From the NCBI GenBank assembly GCA_038230375.1, contig JBBRNJ010000006.1, positions 134,394 to 198,393 of the forward strand: a stretch of DNA of 64,000 nucleotides, given 5' to 3'. The notes under the pieces were generated by a model. It made no database searches, was not told the DNA's origin, and was given only the letters and a program-made list of their open reading frames with translations. Positions 10,845 through 20,813 of the stretch are shown one piece after another. A program made the position numbers and the translations under genes. Each line of letters starts with the position of its first letter. The stretch's first letter is position 1. Origin of the DNA: Polyangiales bacterium (GTDB lineage: Bacteria > Myxococcota_A > Polyangia > Polyangiales > Polyangiaceae).

Positions 10845-12722
10845 TCACGAGTCTCGTCGACCTCGCAAGATGGCTGCCATGCGTTCAGGCAGGCTGGCCA
10901 TGACTTTGGCCGTGAGCCGCGTCCAGCGCGCGCGGGCTCTGCCCCCAGGCGCGAACACCCGCGCTCGCGCGAAGAAGAGGCCGACCGCCACGAACGTGAC
11001 GAACGAGAGCGCAGCCCCCGCATAAAGGCCCTTCGGCACATAGGAGAGGTGCGCGCGTCCGCGTCCCGCCGGCACGTCCACCACGAGCAGCAGCTTCTCG
11101 GAGCTCACCGTGCCGACGTCGGAGCCCCACCCGCGCTCGTAGCCCGAGTTGACCAGGATGCGACCGGGGCGTTCCGCCACGTAGTCGATCGTGAACGTGT
11201 TCTGGGTGCGGTTCGCCACCTCCACCTTGACCCAGCTGTCCTTCGCGCGCGCCTGCGGCAGATCGCCCGGCCACGTCGCCGCGTCCGCGGAGAACGCCCA
11301 CGCCAGCGAGCATGCCCGACGTCCGCGGTTCTGCATGGGCTGGTCTATGTCCTGCGCCATGTCCGGACCCTCGTAGTAGAGGCGCGTGGACGGACGCATG
11401 GGCACCTCGGGGGCGCCACCGAAGCGCGTGGCAACGAGCTCACCCGTCACGCCGATCACGTCACCCGCGCCGAGCAGCGCGACGCCGCACACGACCGTGC
11501 GCGCAATGCGCGACACACGTCCTCCGAACCACCGATGGAGGACCTGCGGTACGCGATCCATCGCCACGCCTACGTAGGCCGCAATGAAGATGCAGAGCAC
11601 CAGCCGGAAGCGCGCCGACACGCGCATCGACTTGAACGGGAACACGTGGTGGTTCAGCAGCGACCAGGGCGCCCAGTCACGGAAGTGCCCCAGCATCATG
11701 ATGAAGACGAAGAACGAGAGCGCCGCCATCCAGGCGTATTTCCGGCCCGCGAAGAGGATGCCCAGCGCGCAGAGGAAGAGCACCAGGACGCCCACGTATG
11801 CGTCGTACTCGCCCCAGACGTACGTCTGCTCGGGCAGGCGGTACCACCAGTGGACCTCGCGCAGCGTGTACATGGACTTCAGCGTTGTCCAGCGGAGCAG
11901 GTGGTCCGCGTCGGGCGCGATGAGGCGACGCTTCGAGGTGAACTGATCCACCAGCGGGAACACCCGCGCCGCGCCGCCACAGATTCCGACGACCACGGTG
12001 GTGACGCCCGCCTTGATGATCCCGCGAAGCCGCTGCAGCGAGCCGATGCGCGTCAGCGTCTCCGCCGCGAGCAGCAGCGCGGTGTGTGGGATCGGGTACG
12101 TGGCGCCGTCGTAGAACATCAGCGCGACGAGGAGCCCAAGGCCCACGGCCTTGTTCGGGTTGCGATCAGCGCCGCGCCACAGAAACAGCGCGAGCGGCAC
12201 GTCGAAGAACGAGATGAGCGCCGCATGCGCGCCTGCGTACTGGCTCGCGTGGCACACGCCGAACGTGTAGATGCACGCGGACGCGAATGCCGCGAGGCGC
12301 GACAGGAAGAGCTCGCGCCGACAGAGCAGCCACATGCCGAGGAACCCGATCGACATGTGCGCGACGTTCCACACGTACACGGTCTTCGTGGCGGAGAGCC
12401 AGACGGTCATCCAGATGAAGGGCGACGCAGCCATGGACTCCGGGTCGTCCCAGAGCGGTGAGCCGCCGCACTCGTAGGGGTTCCAGAGCGGGAGCTCGCC
12501 GTGAAGGCGGAAGGCTGCCTTCATGGAGTTGAACATGCGAAGGAACGTGCGCCCGTCGCCCTCGGGCGTGTTCGGGAACGCGTCGATCATCGGGTACCAC
12601 GCGACCACGGCGAGCGCCGCGCCGAGCAGGAGCACCGCAACGACGCGCACCACCGGGAGCTCGGTCCACGAGGCGGTGGTCCTACGGGGCGCGCGAGGCG
12701 GACTCTTTGCGGGTGTCGCCAT
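10845..12722 (-). CDS. Polytopic membrane protein, YfhO-like / GT-C-type glycosyltransferase candidate
   Basis: GELPLWNPYECGG motif, many TMs, C-terminal soluble domain with VDVPAG then a last TM; start placed at ATG 12722. Confidence 0.65.
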   Translation of the reverse strand: MATPAKSPPRAPRRTTASWTELPVVRVVAVLLLGAALAVVAWYPMIDAFPNTPEGDGRTFLRMFNSMKAAFRLHGELPLWNPYECGGSPLWDDPESMAASPFIWMTVWLSATKTVYVWNVAHMSIGFLGMWLLCRRELFLSRLAAFASACIYTFGVCHASQYAGAHAALISFFDVPLALFLWRGADRNPNKAVGLGLLVALMFYDGATYPIPHTALLLAAETLTRIGSLQRLRGIIKAGVTTVVVGICGGAARVFPLVDQFTSKRRLIAPDADHLLRWTTLKSMYTLREVHWWYRLPEQTYVWGEYDAYVGVLVLFLCALGILFAGRKYAWMAALSFFVFIMMLGHFRDWAPWSLLNHHVFPFKSMRVSARFRLVLCIFIAAYVGVAMDRVPQVLHRWFGGRVSRIARTVVCGVALLGAGDVIGVTGELVATRFGGAPEVPMRPSTRLYYEGPDMAQDIDQPMQNRGRRACSLAWAFSADAATWPGDLPQARAKDSWVKVEVANRTQNTFTIDYVAERPGRILVNSGYERGWGSDVGTVSSEKLLLVVDVPAGRGRAHLSYVPKGLYAGAALSFVTFVAVGLFFARARVFAPGGRARARWTRLTAKVMASLPERMAAILRGRRDS

Positions 12723-12727
12723 GATCG

Positions 12728-14563
12728 TCAGAAGGGGAGCTTCGGGCAGTTGTCGCTGCGCGCTGCGCCGGCCTTTCGCTCGTCCATCACGGCCACGGCC
12801 TCCATGTGCATCATGCGCTCCAGGTCTGCCAGGCGGTACCACGCACACGGACGCCGCGTGCCGTAGCGTTCCGCGTCCGTGCGCATCTCCGTGAGCCTGT
12901 CGCGTCCGCTAGGCTCCCATGCGACCGTCCACAGACCTGCGGTGGACGCGTGATCGCCGAGCTCGTCGACGCCAGGCGTGGTGAGCTGCGGATAGATGCC
13001 GCACGCAAACGCGAAGACGAACGTGACCACGCGCGCCAGGTAGAACAGGACGCGTTCACGTTTGCTGCTGATAAATGCCGGGATCAGCGCCGCGCCGAGC
13101 AGCGCGAGCGCCACGATGTACCAGAGCGTGGTGTCCTTCCACCCGACCCACTCGCCGATGTGGTGCGCCACGAAGCCGCCCTGGATGAGCGGCACTGCGA
13201 AGTACATGAACGGGCGGAGCTGCGTCTCGGGCAGCGTGTTGTAGACGAGCCCCACGATGCCCACGGCAAGCACACCCGACAGCGCGAGCCCCGCGGCGAG
13301 CCCACGCGCGAGCGCACGATGGAACTCCCCGCGTCGCGCAAACCACGAGAGCGCGACCACCGCGCCGAACGCGAAGAACGGCGGCGCCGCACCAAGCCTG
13401 CGCGCGCCCAGGGTCCAGCCCGCGCGCCATTCGATCGCGCTGCATGCGCCGAACCACAGCGCGGCCATGCATGCGACCCAGATCACGGTGGAGTACGCGA
13501 GGATCCGCGTCCGTCGCACGCTGCTCCAGAACAGGAAGAACGCGACCGGGATCGCCAGGAACCCGAGCCACATATACGGGCTCATTCCGAAGAAGCCAGA
13601 GCCCACGGGCAGCGACAGCCCGACGAGCGCCTCCTTCGTGGGCGTGATCGCTCCGTAGAGGCCCTTCTTGTGCTCCTCCGCCCAGAGCGGGTTCTCGACC
13701 ATCGTGTGGCCCGGCGTGAGCGGGTTCCCGAACGAACGCCACTGGTAGAACATCTGCAGCAGTATCGTGACGAGCCCGCCGGTGCAGTACGAGAGCAGGC
13801 GCAGGGGCCGGTAGAACACGAAGAAGCCGAAGAACGCGAGCAGGATCGAGAGCGGGAGCCCGTGGTACTCGAGCATCGTCACCCAGCCTGCGCAGACGCC
13901 TGCAAGGAATGCATGGAACGCGCGCCGCTTCTTCGCGTCCGGCTCGAGCCTCAACGCGCGCTCGGCAAGTCCGAACGAGAGGAACGCGGCCACGGCAAAC
14001 ACCGAGTGGCTCACGTACATGTTCGCATAGCCCAGGTAGTTCGTGCCCAGGCCCGCCGCCGTCACTGCCGCGAGGCGCAGCGGAACGTCGCGCGTGACGG
14101 TTCGCAGGTACCTCTCGAACCACACCAGGAACAGGAAGCATGGCAGCTGCACGCTGAAGATGCGAAGCACCCATGTCGTCATGCGCAGCCACTGCATGCG
14201 CAGCTCCGGCGTGGACGCCTCCGTGGGCATCACCGTGCCAAAGACCCAGGAGATCTTCGAGTAGACGAAGTACACCGGCACGCCCAGGTAGCCGGTGCCT
14301 GGCCCCTTCACGCAGTGCCAGTGCATCTCGCCGTCGCGACCCTTCACGCGCGCCATGTCGTTGGTCCAGCCCTGCCGCGTGACGATCTTGTCCAGCTGGA
14401 AGGTGTGGTCCTCGACGATGGCCATCGTCATGAACGTGCGCGTGTTCTCGTTCGGGTTGTTCGTGGGGCCGAAGTACGGGAACACGAAGAACAGCGGAAG
14501 GAACGCCAGCACGAAATAGATGCGCACTGACCTTGGCGTCTTCTTGAGGCTCCCCGAGCGCAT
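12728..14563 (-). CDS. Polytopic membrane protein, GT-C-like candidate
   Basis: N-terminal TM, loop NPNENTR...AIVED, then many TMs with SFGNP and GARR motifs. Confidence 0.55.
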   Translation of the reverse strand: MRSGSLKKTPRSVRIYFVLAFLPLFFVFPYFGPTNNPNENTRTFMTMAIVEDHTFQLDKIVTRQGWTNDMARVKGRDGEMHWHCVKGPGTGYLGVPVYFVYSKISWVFGTVMPTEASTPELRMQWLRMTTWVLRIFSVQLPCFLFLVWFERYLRTVTRDVPLRLAAVTAAGLGTNYLGYANMYVSHSVFAVAAFLSFGLAERALRLEPDAKKRRAFHAFLAGVCAGWVTMLEYHGLPLSILLAFFGFFVFYRPLRLLSYCTGGLVTILLQMFYQWRSFGNPLTPGHTMVENPLWAEEHKKGLYGAITPTKEALVGLSLPVGSGFFGMSPYMWLGFLAIPVAFFLFWSSVRRTRILAYSTVIWVACMAALWFGACSAIEWRAGWTLGARRLGAAPPFFAFGAVVALSWFARRGEFHRALARGLAAGLALSGVLAVGIVGLVYNTLPETQLRPFMYFAVPLIQGGFVAHHIGEWVGWKDTTLWYIVALALLGAALIPAFISSKRERVLFYLARVVTFVFAFACGIYPQLTTPGVDELGDHASTAGLWTVAWEPSGRDRLTEMRTDAERYGTRRPCAWYRLADLERMMHMEAVAVMDERKAGAARSDNCPKLPF

Positions 14564-14726
14564 TCAGCGCTGTTCTCTACGCGAAGGCGAGGGGGGCTGT
14601 CACTGGGCCTGTCAGGGTTGGAGCGGTCAAACCTTCCCGTTGTCTACGGGGACCTGCGCCGCTAATGTCGTCTACCCGTCATCTGCCTAGAATTTCAGCT
14701 CGGAAGCTCACAAGGAAGAACCCGCC

Positions 14727-15845
14727 ATGCCCGTGCCCTTCATTGACCTGTCCCGCCTCGTGAAAGAGATCTCGGCCGACGTCCTCACGGACTGGAAGGG
14801 CTGCCTCGAGCGGTGCGAGTTCGTCGGGGGGCCGAGCGTCACGGCGATGGAGAAGAAGCTCCGTGAGGTGCTCGGCGTCCCGCACGGGCTTTCGTGCGCG
14901 AACGGCACCGACGCGCTCATCGTGGCGCTGCAGCTCGCGGGCGTCACGCCCGGTAGCAAGGTCGCGCTCCCGAACCTCACGTTCTGGGCCACGTACGAGG
15001 CGGTCGCGCAGCTCGGCGCAACGGCGGTGCTCATCGACATAGACGAGACGGACCTTCAGATGAGCTTCGACGAGTTCAAGAAGGCGCACGCCGCGCACAA
15101 ATTCGAGGCGGCACTGCTCCCGCACCTCTACGGGTGGGCCTCCGCACACCTCGCGGATTTCCGTGCATTCTGCAAGGAACACCACGTGTTCCTGGTGGAG
15201 GACGGCGCGCAGTGCTTTGGCGTCGAGGTGAAGGGCGAGCCGATCCTGAAGCAGGCGGCGGTCGGCACCGTCTCGTTCTACCCGGCGAAGGTGATCGGCG
15301 GCGCGATGGACGGCGGCGCGATCACGATGCAGACGGAGGCGCACGAGAAGCTTGCGCGCTCGCTCTGCAACCACGGCCGCTCCGATCACTACAGCTACGC
15401 GCACGTCGGCTGGAACAGTCGCATGGGTGGCATGCAGGGCGCCTTCCTTGGTCGCATGCTCGACAAGACGACCGCGGTGGTGGCGAACCGTCGCAAGGCT
15501 GCGGAGATGTATCGCGAGAAGCTCGCGAAGGTCGGCGGGGGCAAGATCAAGGTGTGGGGACCTCCCGCGGGCGTGAGCGAGAACGGCTACCTCAACGTGC
15601 TCACGGTCGAAGGCAAGAAGGGCCAGGAGATCGTCGACAAGCTCAAGGCCGCAGGCATCGGCGCCGCGCGAACCTACCCTGAGACCATGGACGTGCAGCC
15701 GCCGGCAAAGCCCGCGATCCGCTTCGGCGACCTCGCCAAGTCCAAGGCCTTCTGCGATCGGGTCGTCAATCTGCCGCTCTTCTACGGCATCCGCGAAGAA
15801 GAAATCGACGCCTCCGTCGCCGCGCTCGTCACCGCGATCGGATAG
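14727..15845 (+). CDS. DegT/DnrJ/EryC1/StrS-family PLP-dependent sugar aminotransferase
   Basis: ANGTDAL, EDGAQ, SFYPAK (PLP Lys), DGG, GWNSRM, VNLPLF. Confidence 0.92.
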   Translation: MPVPFIDLSRLVKEISADVLTDWKGCLERCEFVGGPSVTAMEKKLREVLGVPHGLSCANGTDALIVALQLAGVTPGSKVALPNLTFWATYEAVAQLGATAVLIDIDETDLQMSFDEFKKAHAAHKFEAALLPHLYGWASAHLADFRAFCKEHHVFLVEDGAQCFGVEVKGEPILKQAAVGTVSFYPAKVIGGAMDGGAITMQTEAHEKLARSLCNHGRSDHYSYAHVGWNSRMGGMQGAFLGRMLDKTTAVVANRRKAAEMYREKLAKVGGGKIKVWGPPAGVSENGYLNVLTVEGKKGQEIVDKLKAAGIGAARTYPETMDVQPPAKPAIRFGDLAKSKAFCDRVVNLPLFYGIREEEIDASVAALVTAIG

Positions 15846-15864
15846 AGGACCCCCACCGCAGTTC

Positions 15865-15880
15865 GTGACGAAGTCGTCAC
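15865..15880. promoter_or_regulatory. Palindrome GTGACGA-AG-TCGTCAC upstream of the capC-like gene, candidate operator
   Basis: Perfect 7-bp arms in the 108-bp intergenic gap; no U-tract. Confidence 0.45.
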
Positions 15881-15953
15881 ATACGTCGCATGTCCGGAAC
15901 TACCGGTGCTGATCGTATCTGGCGGTCGTGCGTGCTAAAAAAGGCCGGTTCGG

Positions 15954-18797
15954 ATGCAGTTACCCATCTTTCCGAAGTCCGGCTTCGACCAGTCGGTGGT
16001 CACGCCGGTGCTCCTCGGCGTGCTCGTCTCGTGGGTCGCCACGGAGACCGTGGGATGGGTGTTTGCTGGGCTCGTGGTGCCCGGGTACCTGGCGGCGGTC
16101 TTCCTGCTCGATCCGGCGGGTGGAATCATCGACGTGTTCGAGGCGGTCGTGACCTACGTCGTCGCGCGCGGCCTGGGCGAGTACATGGGCCGCACGGGCA
16201 TCACGTCTCGCGTGTTCGGTCGCGAGCGCTTCTTCCTCGTGGTCTTGCTCTCCATCCTCGTGCGCCTCGTGGTCGAGGGCTTCCTTCTGCCCAAGGTCGC
16301 GCCGCACGCTCGCTGGGCGTTCTCGATCGGTCTCGTGGTCGTACCGCTCACCGCGAACGCGTGCTGGAAGACCGGCCTCGCGCGCGGCTTCATCCAGAAC
16401 GGCATCCCCACGCTGATCGTGTACCTGCTGCTCAGGTACCTCTTCATCCCCTACACGAACCTCTCGCTCGAGGGCTTCGAGCTCGCGACGGAGAACGTCG
16501 CCGCGAGCTTCCTCAACTCACCGCAGGCCTACATCCTGTTGCTCACGGGCGCCGTGCTCGCCGCGGCCGCGAACGTGAAGTACGGGTGGGACTTCAACGG
16601 CATCCTCGTGCCCGCGCTCATCGGCCTGGTCGTGCTGGAGCCGGTGAAGCTGGCGGCCACATTCGCCGAGTCCGTGATCCTGCTCTTCGCCGTGATGCTG
16701 CTCATCAAGATCACGCCGCTGAAGCGCGCCAACATCGAGGGCCCGCGCAGAACCGTGCTGTTTTTTACAGTGGATTACGGGTTGCGCTTTGCGTTTGCGG
16801 CCCTCGTCGGTCGGCAGCTTCCGGGTGACGACATCGTGTCGCTCATGGGCTTCGGCTACCTGCTGCCCACGCTGATGGCCGTGAAGATGTCGCAGCGTCA
16901 GAGCGTCGCGCTGGTCTTCTTCCCCACGCTGAAGGTGAGCATTGCGTCGTTCGGCGTGGGCACGCTCATTGGCTTCGCCGCGCACTACGCAGACGGCATT
17001 GCGAAGGCGCCCCCGATCGCGGTCACGCGCCCCATGCCAGACGCGCCGAAGGATCCCGCGCGTGCTGCGCTATGGGTCGCTGGTCTCGCGCTCGAGGTCG
17101 CTCCACCGCCCACTGATCGTGAGACGCCGTCGGCCTCGGCGCTGGCTACCATCGTCGGTGCCGTGATCTCGGGCAAGGTGCTCGGCCCCAGGGACCCGAT
17201 GGTGGAGAGCCGCATCGGCGCCGGCGCCGTCATCATCCGCGAGCGCTTCGAGAAGCCAGACGAGCGCCTTGGTCTGCCCGTCGTGATCACGCGCGCGCTC
17301 CCCGAGCAGAACCGCGTCGTGCTGTTCGTCCCTGCGCCATCGTCGGAGCCCTACGCGGCGTATGCCGCTGGTCGTCTCCTGGGCGCCGGCCTCGCAGACG
17401 CCGTGGTGATGTCGGGCGTGGACGATCCAAAGTCCGACTGGATGATGCAGGAGGCTGATCTCCTTGCTCACATCATCGCCGGGCAAGGACGGGTCGTCGT
17501 CCTGCGCGAGGGCCAATTTGCGCTGTTCGGACAGAACCTGGACGCGCGCGTGCTCGCGATGGCGAAGGCGATCTCCGGCGCCAACGTGGAGGCACGCCCT
17601 TCCAACGGTGGCGCCATGCTCGTGGTCCCGCCGCCCACGGTCTCTGGTTGGATGGATGCGGACGCGCCTCCCATCGTCGTGGCCGACAACCTGTCGTCCG
17701 CCACGCAGCTCGCGCTCTTCGTGGACAAGCAGATCCCGCGTGGCCTCGCCGATCGCCAGAGCCTCGAGGATCTCATGATGCTCCGGAAGTTCACGCTCAC
17801 GCCGATCATGGGGAAGGCTCCATTCCAGGCGCCGCGCTCGCTCGCACGTGTCGCTGCCGATACGGCGGGGTACAGGCTCGTGGAGAACGCGCCGCCGGCC
17901 GGCGCAAGACGCACGCTCATCCTGGCGCCAGGAAGGGCTGCACGCAGCGTTCTCGTCGTGGTTCGCGAAGGTGGCACCGCGGTCGTGTTCGAAGCGCCCC
18001 ATGCCGGTCGGGAGGAGCTACGCGACTTCACCATTCGCGCGGGCATGGCGTTCGACGCACACGCCTTCATCCTTGGCCTCTACACGAGCGCGGGGCACGT
18101 CTATCACGCGGACGCGTTCCGTTCGGCGCACGCAGCGATCCGCGATGTCGCGCCCAGCACCGTGCTCGTGCGTGAGGGCATCCAGTCGCAGGGAGTGGTG
18201 TTCCTCGGCGGGTGGGGACCCGGCAGCGAGAAGACCGTGCAGGGCGTGAAGGCCGGCATCGGGCGCCTTGGCTACGTGGTGGAGGAGAAGTCGCTGGACC
18301 CACAGGCGCGCGAGATCGCCGCGCGCACTGCGCTGGGCGGTACGAACATGGTGGCCGTCACGGCGGACTCGTTCGCGCTCGAGGCGTCCTCACTGGACGA
18401 GGCGCGTGCAGCGCAACGCGCGTTCGGAGACAAGGTGCCGTTCGTGGACGGTCTGCTCGGGCAGTTCGCAGCGGAGGCCTGGAAGGCTGGCGTCACGTCC
18501 GAGATGCCCGACGAGACACGCGGCCTTGCGCTGTCCGCCGCGCAAGAGCAGAGCGTCGTGGCACGCCGCCAGCTGCTCGAAGGTATCAACCAGGGGAAGG
18601 TTCGCGCTGCCTTCGTGCGTACGGACAAGGGGCAGTTCCTTCTGGTGGTCGGCAAGCACGGGACGAACGGCTTTGCATCCGCGGTGTCCTTGCACCCCCA
18701 GGAGATCAAGCCGCGGGACGTGGTCCTGCGCGACAACTTCGCCGCCTGTGAGGACGTGCTCGCGTCGTCGGGCTCCTGCGAAGCGAGGGTGCCATGA
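15954..18797 (+). CDS. capC: Extended CapC/PgsC-like protein: two tandem CapC units plus large soluble C-terminal region
   Basis: Unit 1 GWVFAGLVVPGYLAAVF...FGRERF...SIGLVVVPLTAN matches the Bacillus CapC pattern (AGLVVPGYLAL...YGRRKF...GIGVIVPGLIAN); unit 2 GWDFNGILVPAL...EGPRR...GFGYLLPTLMA. Confidence 0.85.
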   Translation: MQLPIFPKSGFDQSVVTPVLLGVLVSWVATETVGWVFAGLVVPGYLAAVFLLDPAGGIIDVFEAVVTYVVARGLGEYMGRTGITSRVFGRERFFLVVLLSILVRLVVEGFLLPKVAPHARWAFSIGLVVVPLTANACWKTGLARGFIQNGIPTLIVYLLLRYLFIPYTNLSLEGFELATENVAASFLNSPQAYILLLTGAVLAAAANVKYGWDFNGILVPALIGLVVLEPVKLAATFAESVILLFAVMLLIKITPLKRANIEGPRRTVLFFTVDYGLRFAFAALVGRQLPGDDIVSLMGFGYLLPTLMAVKMSQRQSVALVFFPTLKVSIASFGVGTLIGFAAHYADGIAKAPPIAVTRPMPDAPKDPARAALWVAGLALEVAPPPTDRETPSASALATIVGAVISGKVLGPRDPMVESRIGAGAVIIRERFEKPDERLGLPVVITRALPEQNRVVLFVPAPSSEPYAAYAAGRLLGAGLADAVVMSGVDDPKSDWMMQEADLLAHIIAGQGRVVVLREGQFALFGQNLDARVLAMAKAISGANVEARPSNGGAMLVVPPPTVSGWMDADAPPIVVADNLSSATQLALFVDKQIPRGLADRQSLEDLMMLRKFTLTPIMGKAPFQAPRSLARVAADTAGYRLVENAPPAGARRTLILAPGRAARSVLVVVREGGTAVVFEAPHAGREELRDFTIRAGMAFDAHAFILGLYTSAGHVYHADAFRSAHAAIRDVAPSTVLVREGIQSQGVVFLGGWGPGSEKTVQGVKAGIGRLGYVVEEKSLDPQAREIAARTALGGTNMVAVTADSFALEASSLDEARAAQRAFGDKVPFVDGLLGQFAAEAWKAGVTSEMPDETRGLALSAAQEQSVVARRQLLEGINQGKVRAAFVRTDKGQFLLVVGKHGTNGFASAVSLHPQEIKPRDVVLRDNFAACEDVLASSGSCEARVP

Positions 18798-20812
18798 CCT
18801 ACGACAACCGCGACACGACGGAGTACAGAGAGGTCTCCATCGCGCCGCCGCGCATCTCTGGCGTCACGGACCGTCGCTTCATGCTTTCACTCTGGTTCCT
18901 GCCCGCGGCGGTGGCGTTGATCGTTCTCATCGTGCGCGAGATGTCGCGCATGGAACAGGCGCTCTCCGCAGAGGGTGAGCGCGCCGCGCGCGTCCTTGTC
19001 TACGAGCTCCCCACGGGCCAGAACCTTCGCGTGCCGCTCGAGTCCGGCACGGAGGTCATTCGCATCGTGGCGCACGCGCGCGGCGACGACAAGATGCCGC
19101 TCACCGTGCATGGTGCACGCATTCAGCTGACGGCGAAGGGCACGAACGGGGAGCGGAAAGAGACGCTGGACCTCGCGATCCCTGGCATTCGCTCTCGCGC
19201 GCGCGCCGAGGAGCCAGACATCACCGTCGCCGACCCGATCGGCTTCGACGTGGACGTGCACGGCATCGGCCGCGGTGAGCTCGAGGTGAAGCTCGAGTCG
19301 ATCGATGGCGCGCAGGGCCTCCTGATCCGCGCATACCGTCGTGAGCTGCTCGACCAGCTCGAGGTCGTTCGCCGCCAGAAGGTGATCGACATGAAGCGCC
19401 AGGAGCACCTTGCGCTGCGGTCGTGGGAGGTGGACTGGTCCGACCTGGACGACGCCGAGCGCGAGGACCTCCTCGAGGGCCGGTGGCGCAAGGTCGGCCT
19501 CCTCCGCGGCAGCCAGGACCTGACGGTGCACGCGCTCGCAATCTCTGCTGGGCAGGTGAAGGCGCCCATGGCGTACAACCCGGCGCTCATCACGTCGTTC
19601 TCGCTCGTGCCCGAGGAGAAGGCGACGGTGTTCACGCTCGCGCCGGCCACGCTCTTCGTGGAGACCGAGAATCCGGCCACCGTACTCATGAAGCGCGAGG
19701 ACGGCTCGGTGGATCGCGTGGTCGCCCGCGGCCGCTTCGAGCTCCATACGCTGCCGCGCACCGGCGTGGAGCTCGAGACCGAGGGCAGCGTCGTCATCCG
19801 TACGGACACGCCTGTCGAGATCGAGCCGCCGATCTTCATGAAGTCGTGGCGCACCACGCCCACGCGTCCGGTCTTCATCGACGCCGAGGGCCAGCCACGC
19901 GTGCTCCGCGTCGCTGCTCGTCGCGCCGTGTCGCGCGGGTGGAAGGCGCCCGTCGCGATCGATCTCTCCGTCCTCTTCTCGACCGCAGGCGCGAAGGAGC
20001 GGACCTCCTATCCGCTGCGTGGTACCGTCGCGCCGAGCGTGTACGATCGCTTCACGGGTGACCTCGCGAGCGCGTCCGAGGCCCCCAGTGCCAAGCTGGT
20101 CACGCACGTGCTCCTCTCGCCGGGCAAGGCCGTCATCATCGCGCCCGTGGCCGACGCCGCGGACATCTCCCTCGGCGAGCTCGATCCGGACGGACCTCCG
20201 CGCACATCGGACGCGCGGCCCATCGGCGCGCCGCTTCCGATCGCCACCGCAAACGACGACACGTGGCCGGGCTTCCTTCCGCGGCGACCCACGAACGTCT
20301 CCACGTTCGGCACGGACGAGACGCACACGCTGCGCCTTGCCCGTCGCGTCGTGCCGTACGTGAAGACTCCCGAGCACCCGATCACGCGGATCGTGAACCG
20401 GCCTTCCAAGGACACGAAGACCGTGGAAAACAGGCTCTACGAGAAGGTCGACGACGAGCCGCTCGTCATCCAGACCGACGGCGAGCCACGCTGGGTGACG
20501 CTCCGCTTCCTGGCGGACGCTCCATGCGACGTGCTCGCGAAGGTGGATTCCGGCAGGCCACGACGCCGCCTCGAGGGGCTGTCGCAGCACGTGACCGTGT
20601 CGCACCTCTTTCACGTGCCGCTGGGGGAGTCGATCGCCGTTGTCGTGCTGGGCGACGACCTCGACACCGGCCTGCACGAGATCTCACTCGCAGCGACACC
20701 TGCCGTCGCATGGGTGCATAGTGCATGGGTCCGCGTCAGGAAGGCGCCGCCCAGGGCTGCTGCGGCACCGGCCGCTGGACCGCGCTGGACCGAGGGAGAC
20801 TTCAACGACTGA
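18794..20812 (+). CDS. Bitopic membrane protein with beta-rich extracytoplasmic region, unknown function (cap-like operon)
   Basis: Single TM (LWFLPAAVALIVLIV) near the N-terminus; ATGA overlap with the capC-like stop. Confidence 0.75.
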   Translation: MTYDNRDTTEYREVSIAPPRISGVTDRRFMLSLWFLPAAVALIVLIVREMSRMEQALSAEGERAARVLVYELPTGQNLRVPLESGTEVIRIVAHARGDDKMPLTVHGARIQLTAKGTNGERKETLDLAIPGIRSRARAEEPDITVADPIGFDVDVHGIGRGELEVKLESIDGAQGLLIRAYRRELLDQLEVVRRQKVIDMKRQEHLALRSWEVDWSDLDDAEREDLLEGRWRKVGLLRGSQDLTVHALAISAGQVKAPMAYNPALITSFSLVPEEKATVFTLAPATLFVETENPATVLMKREDGSVDRVVARGRFELHTLPRTGVELETEGSVVIRTDTPVEIEPPIFMKSWRTTPTRPVFIDAEGQPRVLRVAARRAVSRGWKAPVAIDLSVLFSTAGAKERTSYPLRGTVAPSVYDRFTGDLASASEAPSAKLVTHVLLSPGKAVIIAPVADAADISLGELDPDGPPRTSDARPIGAPLPIATANDDTWPGFLPRRPTNVSTFGTDETHTLRLARRVVPYVKTPEHPITRIVNRPSKDTKTVENRLYEKVDDEPLVIQTDGEPRWVTLRFLADAPCDVLAKVDSGRPRRRLEGLSQHVTVSHLFHVPLGESIAVVVLGDDLDTGLHEISLAATPAVAWVHSAWVRVRKAPPRAAAAPAAGPRWTEGDFND

Positions 20813-20813
20813 C

